Below, piece after piece: positions 16,150 through 24,029 of a stretch of 32,000 bases of DNA. The DNA is taken from the NCBI GenBank assembly GCA_963675915.1, contig OY780959.1:1650001-1682000 (forward strand), read 5' to 3'. How positions within the stretch are numbered: position 1 is the stretch's first letter; each line of letters opens with the position of its first letter. A program made the translations under genes and the position numbers. This stretch comes from Coprobacillaceae bacterium (GTDB taxonomy: Bacteria > Bacillota_I > Bacilli_A > Erysipelotrichales > Coprobacillaceae). The notes under the pieces are model-generated. The model was not told the origin of the DNA. It searched no databases and saw nothing but the letters and a program-made list of their open reading frames with translations.

Positions 16150-16178
16150 GGGTGGAATTTCGCAATTCAAAAAAAATT
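16150..16178 (+). repeat. Internal right-end-like copy of the IS30 inverted repeat
   Basis: GGGTGGAATTTC matches the left-end core 12 of 12 (rc of 14677-14688). Two further GTGGAA(G/C)TT copies occur at 16317 and 16337. Confidence 0.55.
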
Positions 16179-16191
16179 CGAAAAATCACAC

Positions 16192-16213
16192 TGATTTTTA
16201 GTGCGCCCAAAAA
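16192..16213 (+). repeat. Uninterrupted copy of the sequence that flanks the IS110 element (candidate empty target)
   Basis: TGATTTTTAGTGCGCCCAAAAA. The 19-mer TTTTTAGTGCGCCCAAAAA (16195-16213) is identical to rc(3129-3147). Confidence 0.6.
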
Positions 16214-16361
16214 TCATTCAATTCTTATTTACTAATTCAATTATATCTATATATTGGTAAAAATAATAGATATAATTCGAAATATTCGGATATCAATTTT
16301 CAAACAAATACTAAGAGTGGAAGTTAATCAAACAAAGTGGAACTTCAGTTTTCAATTAACC

Positions 16362-16374
16362 ATATCCACTTAAA
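16362..16374. repeat. Right copy of the 13-bp direct repeat flanking the IS30-family element
   Basis: ATATCCACTTAAA, identical to 14649-14661. Confidence 0.7.
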
Positions 16375-16392
16375 TAGTCACTGATTCAAATT

Positions 16393-16420
16393 AAAAAAAC
16401 CACCTTGCGGTGGTTTAAAA
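16393..16420 (-). terminator. Rho-independent terminator of serC-serA
   Basis: The minus strand reads AAACCACC-GCAA-GGTGGTTT followed by a T-run. Confidence 0.8.
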
Positions 16421-16441
16421 ATCATCAGGGGGGGGTATTGA

Positions 16442-17602
16442 CTATTTTATAACTCGAAGACTGATAATTTCTTCAACAGCGTTGATTCTTTCGACGATAT
16501 CTTCACGAACTTCACTGTTTGTATCGATCAGCGTATATGCGTATTCACCTTTGGCACGATTAACCATGTTTTCAATGTTCAAATCATGATCGGCGAACAG
16601 TTTAGAGATTCGCGCCAGGATATTTGGTACATTTTTATTGATAATGCACAATCTGACTTTTGATTCTCTTTCCTGTACACAACGAGGGAAGTTCACTGAG
16701 TTAGTGATATTTCCGTTTTCTAGGAAGTCACGGACTTCTTTGACCGCCATTTTAGCACAGTTTTCTTCCGATTCCGGAGTAGATGCTCCAAGGTGAGGAA
16801 GGACAATGATGTCTTCAACTCCCAGCAATTCCGGTGCCGCGAAGTCAGTAACGTATTTAGCCACTTTTTTGCTTTTGATAGCTTCAAGAATCGCTTCATT
16901 GTTGACCAGGTCACCACGAGCGAAGTTGAGGATTCGAACTTCATCTTTCATTTTTTCGAAAGCTTCAGCATTGATGAATCCTTTGGTATCTTTAGTTGAT
17001 GGTACATGTAATGAAATATAATCACAGTTCTTGAAGATTTCATCAAGATTGGTTGTATTGATTACTTGAGTATTCAAAGCCCAAGCTCCTTGGATTGAAA
17101 TGAATGGATCGAAACCATAAACTTTCATTCCCAGTTCAGCACAGGCATTGGCAACTTTGACACCGATTGCACCAAGACCGATAACCCCGATTGATTTACC
17201 GGCAATTTCCGGACCAGCGTATTGGCTTTTTACTTTTTCAGCTTTTTTGGCAACATCCGCGTCACCTTGCGTTGAAGCAGCCCAATTGATCGCTTCAACG
17301 ATTTTACGTGATGACATAAACAGTCCAGCCAGAACCAATTCCTTAACGGCATTGGCGTTGGCACCAGGGGTGTTGAATACAACAATCCCTTTTGAAGCAC
17401 ATTCTTCTAAAGGAATATTGTTGACACCGGCACCAGCACGGGCAATCGCTTTTAGATTGCTGTGAAAATCGTAATCATGCAATGAAGCTGAACGGACAAG
17501 AATCGCATCTTCATTGTCAAAGTCTTCAGAACATTCATAATTATTGTCGAACAGTTCCAAACCTGATTCGGCAATTTTATTCATTAATTTAATTTTATAC
17601 AT
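16442..17602 (-). CDS. serA: D-3-phosphoglycerate dehydrogenase (with C-terminal ACT-like domain)
   Basis: It has a 2-hydroxyacid dehydrogenase fold (GVIGLGAIG, ...RGD...) and sits immediately downstream of serC. 386 aa. Confidence 0.85.
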   Translation of the reverse strand: MYKIKLMNKIAESGLELFDNNYECSEDFDNEDAILVRSASLHDYDFHSNLKAIARAGAGVNNIPLEECASKGIVVFNTPGANANAVKELVLAGLFMSSRKIVEAINWAASTQGDADVAKKAEKVKSQYAGPEIAGKSIGVIGLGAIGVKVANACAELGMKVYGFDPFISIQGAWALNTQVINTTNLDEIFKNCDYISLHVPSTKDTKGFINAEAFEKMKDEVRILNFARGDLVNNEAILEAIKSKKVAKYVTDFAAPELLGVEDIIVLPHLGASTPESEENCAKMAVKEVRDFLENGNITNSVNFPRCVQERESKVRLCIINKNVPNILARISKLFADHDLNIENMVNRAKGEYAYTLIDTNSEVREDIVERINAVEEIISLRVIK

Positions 17603-17605
17603 TAT

Positions 17606-18691
17606 TTACTCCTTGTTTTCCTTAGCGAATTTATCCATGAATTCTACCAGATACTCAACGCCTTCTTTTTCCATAGCATTGTAAATTGAAGCTCTGATTC
17701 CACCAACCGAACGGTGACCTTTAAGATTTGTCATCCCGGCTTTGATTGACTCAGCCACAAATTTTGCGTCCAAATCTTTTGAAGGTGTTGTGAAAGTAAC
17801 GTTCATCAATGAACGGTTTTCTTTGTCGCTGACAGCTTTGTAGAAATCAGATTGGTCCAGATAATCATAAAGAACCGCACATTTTTCTTCGTTGCGTTTT
17901 TGCATAACTTCAAGACCACCAAGTTCATCGATCCATTTCAACACTTCACCTAAAATATAGATTGAGAATGTAGGTGGGGTATTGTACATTGAATCATTTG
18001 CAATCATCAGTTTGTAATCAAGCAATACCGGACAATCTTCTTTGACATCCTGTAATAACTCTTCTTTGATGATGGCAACACCCAGTCCGGCAATCCCCAT
18101 GTTCTTTTGGGCTCCGGCATAGATCATTCCATAATCAGATACGTTAACCGGTTTTGACAAGATATTACTTGACATATCCGCAACTACAAATCCATTAGTT
18201 TGAGGGACATATTTCCATTCAGTACCGAAAATGGTATTGTTTGCACAAATATGAAGATAATCGATATCATCACGGATATCCAATTCTTCTTGAGTAGGAA
18301 TATGGGTATATCCGTTGTCTTTTCCATCATAAGCAACATGTATATCGCCAAATTTACATGCTTCTTGATAAGCTTTCTTAGAGAAACTTCCGGTAACTGC
18401 ATAGTCCGCTTTTCCTTTTTTTAATAAGTTTAAAGGAATCATCGAGAACTGTTGAGTTGCTCCACCTTGGATGAATACGATTTTGTAGTCATCAGGAATA
18501 TTCATAACTTTCTTTAATAAAGCTTTAGTATTATTGAAAATATCAGCATAGGACGATGAACGATGGGACATCTCCATTACACTCATACCACTACCTTGAT
18601 AATTCATTAAATTTTCTTGAGCTCTTTTCAGTACCACTTCAGATAACATTGAAGGTCCCGCACTGAAATTTAAGACACGTTTTTCGTTCAT
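17606..18691 (-). CDS. serC: Phosphoserine aminotransferase
   Basis: Contains NFSAGPSML, GGATQQF and the GAQKN PLP-lysine motif. 361 aa. Confidence 0.92.
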   Translation of the reverse strand: MNEKRVLNFSAGPSMLSEVVLKRAQENLMNYQGSGMSVMEMSHRSSSYADIFNNTKALLKKVMNIPDDYKIVFIQGGATQQFSMIPLNLLKKGKADYAVTGSFSKKAYQEACKFGDIHVAYDGKDNGYTHIPTQEELDIRDDIDYLHICANNTIFGTEWKYVPQTNGFVVADMSSNILSKPVNVSDYGMIYAGAQKNMGIAGLGVAIIKEELLQDVKEDCPVLLDYKLMIANDSMYNTPPTFSIYILGEVLKWIDELGGLEVMQKRNEEKCAVLYDYLDQSDFYKAVSDKENRSLMNVTFTTPSKDLDAKFVAESIKAGMTNLKGHRSVGGIRASIYNAMEKEGVEYLVEFMDKFAKENKE

Positions 18692-18825
18692 TGTTTAATC
18701 ACCTTTCCTTTGTAATATTCTTTATTCTATTGTATACAAAACACAAAATCAAGTAAAAAGATAAGAAAAATAGAAAAAGTAGACATCTTATTTTCTATTT
18801 TCGGATTAGACTAAACAATGGGCTG

Positions 18826-18855
18826 ATTTTATGTTGATAAAGTGCAAAAAGTCAA
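18826..18855 (-). promoter_or_regulatory. Putative sigma-A promoter of serC-serA
   Basis: The minus strand has TTGACT (18855-18850), an 18-nt spacer, then TAAAAT (18831-18826). It leaves a leader of about 130 nt. Confidence 0.5.
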
Positions 18856-18889
18856 TAAAAAAAGCTACAAGATTTACATCATTGTAGCT
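18856..18889 (-). terminator. Terminator of the cof/hisJ-type operon, overlapping the CDS end
   Basis: The minus strand reads AGCTACAA-(12 nt including the stop)-TTGTAGCT followed by T7. Confidence 0.7.
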
Positions 18890-19665
18890 TCATAAATTTT
18901 ATCGATATTGGTTCCGACGTCTTCTGGTTTATGGGCATCGGACGCAGTTATCATTTCATTGCCGTTTTCTCTCAATATTTTCAATAATTCATCGGAAAGT
19001 CCGATATCCTTATGGCCATATCGGTAGCTGGCACCGGTATTATTTTCAACAATCACGTGGTGTTCCTTGCATAATCTGGCAAATTCCCTGTATGTATCAG
19101 TCAGATCATAACTTGGATAATAATCGAACATCTTGATTGTATCCACATGACCGATTTGGTCGAAAAGATCACTTTTTACCAGATCAAATACTATTTCATA
19201 GTAGCGACGGTATAATTCATCGGTATCCATCACATCCCAAAGGATTTTTTTGGAAAATCCCATATCGTAAAGGCGTCCGTCGATTGAATGAATCGACCCC
19301 ACCAAAAAATCAAAATCGTACTTGGATACAATATCCCGGATGAAGTCCTCTTTACCAGGAACGAAGCATACTTCCAAACCGAAAGCCACCTCGATCCCCA
19401 GATCCAATGCCTGGATTTCGTTTTTCAGTTCGATGAATTCATCGAGGGTATTATGAAATTTATATTCCGGATTGTCCAGCCATTTTTTTTGGATTTCAAT
19501 TTCTCTTAAATCATCATAAAGATGATAGAATTCCTTGAAACGGTGGGTGTGATCCAATATTTGAATCTTGTCCAGACCTACTTCTTTGGCTCTGTTGACA
19601 AATTTCAATACATATTCTTTCGACAAATCGCCGTACTCCAAATGCATATGTCCATCAATTTTCAT
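18874..19665 (-). CDS. PHP-domain histidinol-phosphatase family protein (HisJ/YtvP-like)
   Basis: The start is taken at MKIDGHMHLEYGD (ATG 19665, RBS AGGTGA). PHP-type His motifs are DGHMH, DHTH, GSIH and GHVD. Confidence 0.8.
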   Translation of the reverse strand: MKIDGHMHLEYGDLSKEYVLKFVNRAKEVGLDKIQILDHTHRFKEFYHLYDDLREIEIQKKWLDNPEYKFHNTLDEFIELKNEIQALDLGIEVAFGLEVCFVPGKEDFIRDIVSKYDFDFLVGSIHSIDGRLYDMGFSKKILWDVMDTDELYRRYYEIVFDLVKSDLFDQIGHVDTIKMFDYYPSYDLTDTYREFARLCKEHHVIVENNTGASYRYGHKDIGLSDELLKILRENGNEMITASDAHKPEDVGTNIDKIYEATMM

Positions 19666-19673
19666 ATTCTCAC

Positions 19674-20447
19674 CTACCATAGTTTAAAATATTCACAGGC
19701 ATAATAAATTCCGCCCTGGGTATTGTTCAAAGTAACGAAGTCAGCCAGTGACTTGAGTTTGTAATGACCGTTGCCCATGCAAACTTTCGTCCAGTCTGCA
19801 TCAAACATCACCAAATCATTGACATCATCACCAAAGACAATAACATCTTCCAATGGAGCCTGAAGATGATCCATCATTTTCAGGATTCCGTTTTTCTTAT
19901 TATCCGGCTGGACAATGAGATAATCATGGAGATATCTGAGATATCCCAACTTTTCGAGTTTTGTCAATTCATGCTGTTTGGCTTCAGGAATCGAAATGTA
20001 GATTTTGTGAATCTTGTCAAGATTGTCATAATCCAGACTGTCGTCATAAATATATCGAGTCGGTTCCCGGCGTTCGCCAAACTGTTGGATGAAAAGGTCG
20101 TTTTTCGCATATACATCGATGCTGTCATCAAGCGCCAACAAAACCCCGTAACCCAGCTGTTCGGCTTCTTTGACCAATTCCAAGGCCGCTTCAAACTCCA
20201 AAGGTTCGTTTTCAACCAGGTTACCATCGACAACGAGCGAATTTCCACCGTTGGCAACGATATTGTTGATATGTAATTCTTCAGTTACCAGACGAGCCTT
20301 ATAATGAGCACGACCCGTTGCAATTGCGACAAAGTGGCCGCGGTCTTTCAGGCGATCCACCGCCTCCAGGGCACTGTCAACAACTTTACTGGTAGCATGA
20401 TCAGTCAAGGTTCCATCTATATCAAAAAATATATATTTCTTTTTCAT
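19674..20447 (-). CDS. Cof-type HAD-IIB family hydrolase
   Basis: Contains FFDIDGTLT, TGR and GDDVNDLVMF. 257 aa. Confidence 0.88.
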   Translation of the reverse strand: MKKKYIFFDIDGTLTDHATSKVVDSALEAVDRLKDRGHFVAIATGRAHYKARLVTEELHINNIVANGGNSLVVDGNLVENEPLEFEAALELVKEAEQLGYGVLLALDDSIDVYAKNDLFIQQFGERREPTRYIYDDSLDYDNLDKIHKIYISIPEAKQHELTKLEKLGYLRYLHDYLIVQPDNKKNGILKMMDHLQAPLEDVIVFGDDVNDLVMFDADWTKVCMGNGHYKLKSLADFVTLNNTQGGIYYACEYFKLW

Positions 20448-20603
20448 ATTCCACCTCTATTTTTAACTCATAATAACAAATATCCTGATTTTTGCAAAGT
20501 AATAAGTAAAAATTCTGTCTTTTTAGGATAATAATAATATTTATGGGTTTTATTTTAGCGGAATTAGATATATAATATTCACTGGAGCAAAAGGGAGCTT
20601 ATT

Positions 20604-21947
20604 ATGAATAAAACATTAGATATGACCAAAGGGAACATTTTCAAGCAGATTCTCTATTTTTCAATCCCCTTGCTTTTGGGGAATTTTTTTCAGCAGATTT
20701 ACAACGCTACCGATACTTTTATCATCGGTAACTTCATCGGAGACACCGCCTTGGCAGCAGTCAATTCGGTTCAACCGATCATCAACCTGGGAATCGGAGC
20801 CTTCATGGGACTTTCGCTTGGGGGCCAGGTTGTCATTTCACAAGGTTTTGGAGCCAATGATAACGAGAAAGTTTCTCGGGCCATCCATGCCTCGATTTTA
20901 ATTGGAATAATCACCACAGTAGTTTTGATGATTCTTTCACTTTTCATCTTTCCACCACTGTTAAGGATCATGAATGTCGAGGGGGACGTTCTTGATCTTT
21001 CCAGTCTCTATCTTAGAATCTATTTTTTCGGGGGATTTGGAATTGTCTTCTACAACCTGATCACCGGCGTACTGAGAGCCTTAGGGGATTCGGTCAGACC
21101 ACTATATTTTCTGATTTTCACCTGTTTTTTGAACATCATCCTTGATGTCATCTTTGTAACCGTCTTGAGTCTAGGGGTATTCGGAGTTGCCTTGGCTACC
21201 GCCTTAACGCAAATTGCCTGTGCAATTTTAACGCTGTACACTCTGATTACCGGGTATCGCGATTATCAGGTCTCACTCCGCAAGGTTCATTTTGACCGTC
21301 CGATTCTCAGGGAAGTCATCAATATCGGGATTCCCAGTGCAATCCAGAATGGGATTGTCTCATTTTCTAACGTCTTCGTCCAATCGAATATCAATTCTTT
21401 CGGGCCCCTGGCCATGGCCGGTTCGGGAAGTTACAGCAAAATTGATTCATTCGCCACCATGCCGGTTATGACTTTCTCAATGTCAATAACCACATTTGTA
21501 GCCCAGAATATCGGGGCCCGGAAAATCGAAAGGGTCAAAAAAGGCATCATCACCACGATTATTTTCGCCGAAGCTGTGATCATCACCCTTTCGGCCATCG
21601 TCTGGTTGTTTGGCTATCAGGCTATCGGACTTTTCACCGACAATCACGACGTGATCATGTATGGAATCTTGAAGATGCACTGCATGATGCCGTTCTATCC
21701 GGTTATTGCCATCTGTCATATTCTGATTGGAGCCTTGCGCGGGGTCGGTAAAACCAAGATTCCGATGTACATCACGATATTCTCATGGTGTATCATCAGG
21801 ATGCTGTATCTTGCAATAACCGTTCCGGTATTTCATGATTTGGCAATCGTTTATTACGCCTATCCGATCACCTGGAGCCTGTCAATGGTCCTGCTGATTC
21901 TCTACTATTTGAAAGTCGGACTGATACCCGAATTCCAGCCGGAATAG
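20604..21947 (+). CDS. MATE family efflux transporter
   Basis: 447 aa and a hydrophobicity pattern consistent with about 12 TM helices. The N-terminal block GNIFKQILYFSIPLLLGNFFQQIYNATDTFIIGNF is typical of MATE/DinF-NorM proteins. Confidence 0.88.
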   Translation: MNKTLDMTKGNIFKQILYFSIPLLLGNFFQQIYNATDTFIIGNFIGDTALAAVNSVQPIINLGIGAFMGLSLGGQVVISQGFGANDNEKVSRAIHASILIGIITTVVLMILSLFIFPPLLRIMNVEGDVLDLSSLYLRIYFFGGFGIVFYNLITGVLRALGDSVRPLYFLIFTCFLNIILDVIFVTVLSLGVFGVALATALTQIACAILTLYTLITGYRDYQVSLRKVHFDRPILREVINIGIPSAIQNGIVSFSNVFVQSNINSFGPLAMAGSGSYSKIDSFATMPVMTFSMSITTFVAQNIGARKIERVKKGIITTIIFAEAVIITLSAIVWLFGYQAIGLFTDNHDVIMYGILKMHCMMPFYPVIAICHILIGALRGVGKTKIPMYITIFSWCIIRMLYLAITVPVFHDLAIVYYAYPITWSLSMVLLILYYLKVGLIPEFQPE

Positions 21948-21958
21948 ATCAATTTTAA

Positions 21959-21977
21959 AAGCACAGCCGAGCTGTGC
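21959..21977. repeat. Left copy of the 19-bp direct repeat (target duplication), a terminator hairpin
   Basis: AGCACAGC-CGA-GCTGTGCT, identical 19 of 19 to 24007-24025. Confidence 0.8.
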
Positions 21978-22173
21978 TCAATGGAGTCAACTTAAGGAAT
22001 TTTTTCCTAGTTGGCTCTTTTTATATCTAAAAGCATCTTCAATATCAATCTCTGTCGCTTAATACAAGCCTAGTTTAAATCATCTCATGAAAAAAAGCGC
22101 ATAATCCCCCATGGAATTTTAGCGTTTTAAAAAAAATTTTGATATTAGTGTTATAATGATTGTGTATTCTTGA

Positions 22174-23661
22174 CTACGGGGCAACCGTTCTCATGACGCC
22201 TTTGATGGTTTGAAGTTTTGGAAAGTTTCGCCCATCAAGCGAGAAACGATAGTAGAATCCACTGGGAACTACTCTGCCCCAACGTTGACTGTGCCTGTTC
22301 TTGCGAACGGGCACTTTTATTGTTTGGGCCACGGCAACTAATTGCTTAATTCTTTTTCGCATCAGTGTTTTCTTATGGCTGTAGAAAGGATAGAGTAGAT
22401 TGTTTTCCATCAGCAGGTTATGAAGTTGTTTAATGTTGACCCGGTATTGGATATTCTCGTCATCATTTTTATTGAAAGTTGCCTCACTATTATGCCGGTG
22501 TCGGTGCTGTCCTGGGTTCCGGCTAAGATACATGTCAATCTCTTTCCTGATAACTCCCAGGATATTGTAAAGCACGATTTTACCATAGATGCAGCATTGT
22601 GATACGGTATCGGATTCGCTAATGTGACGCTCCAGTTCCATATCGGTTTTTAGCGTTTTATATGCCACCTCAATATCCCAACGTTTCGCATAAAGTTCGA
22701 TGATATCCGCGTGGCTGAACTCCTTTTTTGACAAACTGGTAAAGTATGTTATATCAGATTCAACGATTTCACCGAATTTATTAGTGTATCCATAAGTGAA
22801 TTTGACTACTCTGATTTTCACCTTGGGGTTATCTTCTCTGATTTTAAGGGCCTCAGGAGAGAAACGGAATCTTTTCCGCCATAGTCGGTCAACGTCAACC
22901 TCGATCCACTCATCATTTGAAGTCATTTCGCTTACTTGCTTCTTGAATAAGTTGGACTTGGCACGGATGCAATAATCAAATCCCAAGTGCTCAAGATGGC
23001 TAATAAGCTCGACTGAGCCATAGTAGCGATCAGCAAGATAAATCACTTTCTTGCCACCAAACAGATTACCACAACGATAAAGGTGTTGGAAGGCAAGCGG
23101 AATTTCAGAGTAAGGGGCAGGTCTCATCATGAAATCCAAAAAGATGCCGTTAGTGACATCATATAGCCCGGCTGATTTGGATAGAACTTTCTTAACATCG
23201 AAAATATCTTTGACGTACTGGTTTTTCCAAAAGTCGAAGTTATAAATATTGTGGATGCTATAGGGAATTTCTAGAAAAGTCCCATCTTCAGCTAAAAGAG
23301 TATACCCTTTATATGTCTTAGGCAGCTTGCTTTGATAGAACTCCTTGGCAAACTCTTTAAATAAATATCTGAATACTGAAGGATTGAGTTTTTTGATGTC
23401 AACATTAAGAGCTTGCTTGGTAATCCTTTTTTCCAAACGGTTGGTGAAGCAAAAATACTTGGTCAAATCAGTGTTGGTGTTCTTGGAATTTCTAAAAACA
23501 AAGTAGAGAATGACATCCCTGAAAGTCATAATCCGATTGCGAGTGAAATCAGAACTCCTGATTCGGGACAAAGCGCAAGTGGTATCGGAAGACAAGACAT
23601 CCGCGAAAGAATTGAAGAAATCAGACATCTGATTTGTCTTAACTACATTATTCATCGTCAT
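22174..23661 (-). CDS. IS4/IS1634-family DDE transposase, main reading frame
   Basis: Contains LLAEDGT, IYLADRYYGS and YAKRWDIEVAYKTLK (the Y-2-R-3-E-6-K signature of the IS4 superfamily). The first in-frame ATG after the overlap is MTMNNVV at 23661. Confidence 0.8.
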   Translation of the reverse strand: MTMNNVVKTNQMSDFFNSFADVLSSDTTCALSRIRSSDFTRNRIMTFRDVILYFVFRNSKNTNTDLTKYFCFTNRLEKRITKQALNVDIKKLNPSVFRYLFKEFAKEFYQSKLPKTYKGYTLLAEDGTFLEIPYSIHNIYNFDFWKNQYVKDIFDVKKVLSKSAGLYDVTNGIFLDFMMRPAPYSEIPLAFQHLYRCGNLFGGKKVIYLADRYYGSVELISHLEHLGFDYCIRAKSNLFKKQVSEMTSNDEWIEVDVDRLWRKRFRFSPEALKIREDNPKVKIRVVKFTYGYTNKFGEIVESDITYFTSLSKKEFSHADIIELYAKRWDIEVAYKTLKTDMELERHISESDTVSQCCIYGKIVLYNILGVIRKEIDMYLSRNPGQHRHRHNSEATFNKNDDENIQYRVNIKQLHNLLMENNLLYPFYSHKKTLMRKRIKQLVAVAQTIKVPVRKNRHSQRWGRVVPSGFYYRFSLDGRNFPKLQTIKGVMRTVAP

Positions 23662-23845
23662 ATACCAACCTTGGTTTCTTTTTAGCGAAGGCCGCTTTAA
23701 GATAAGGAACACTCTCCCCGTCGACAAGACCGAAATTAATAAGAACGCGGTGTTTAGACACACCATTTTCCCGATAAGACTCAACAAGTGCACAAAAATA
23801 GGTATTATCTTTACCTTTATTGTTTTTAACAGCTCTGACAAACAT
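23648..23845 (-). CDS. N-terminal transposase fragment in a different frame (65 aa)
   Basis: MFVRAVKNNKGKDNTYFCALVESYRENGVSKHRVLINFG resembles the N-termini of IS1634-type transposases. It has RBS AAGAGG and an upstream TGGTATAAT. It overlaps the main frame at an A5 run (23679-23683). Confidence 0.6.
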   Translation of the reverse strand: MFVRAVKNNKGKDNTYFCALVESYRENGVSKHRVLINFGLVDGESVPYLKAAFAKKKPRLVYDDE

Positions 23846-24006
23846 AATATCGCCTCTTTTCTTAACTACATTATACCACTATAATGACTAATTATAGGAA
23901 AATATAAACTATAGTCTTAACTACAAATCAAAATCAAATAGCATACAGTTGACAAAAGCGACAAAAAAAGAGCCGACTTAAGAAATTTCTTAAGTTGACT
24001 CCATTG

Positions 24007-24025
24007 AGCACAGCCGAGCTGTGCT
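24007..24025. repeat. Right copy of the 19-bp direct repeat (terminator hairpin, retains its T-run)
   Basis: AGCACAGCCGAGCTGTGCT followed by a T-run that runs into the ldh stop codon. Confidence 0.8.
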
Positions 24026-24029
24026 TTTT

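Larger units (their letters stand above)
14662..16361 (+). mobile_element. IS30-family insertion sequence (1700 bp as delimited by the 13-bp direct repeats)
   Basis: The left end ATTTAATTGTAATTTGAAATTCCAC matches rc(16337-16361) GGTTAATTGAAAACTGAAGTTCCAC at 19 of 25 positions. It is flanked by identical 13-bp repeats. Confidence 0.65.
21978..24006 (-). mobile_element. IS4-superfamily (IS1634-like) insertion sequence, 2029 bp
   Basis: The terminal inverted repeats are perfect over 18 bp: CAATGGAGTCAACTTAAG (21978-21995) and its rc (23989-24006). They extend imperfectly to about 50 bp. The element is flanked by a 19-bp direct repeat. Confidence 0.8.

Noticed and set aside
16428-16435. A G8 homopolymer between the serA stop and its terminator, as a possible phase-variation tract
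   Set aside because: It lies in a 3' UTR, not in a coding region or in a promoter spacer. No gene's frame or -35/-10 spacing depends on it. It is unusual for a low-GC genome, but I see no functional handle.
22140-22173. TGTTATAAT on the plus strand just downstream of the IS4-type transposase stop, as a possible antisense promoter
   Set aside because: It is an isolated extended -10 with no -35 in AT-rich DNA, and such matches are frequent by chance. It is not reported as a feature.
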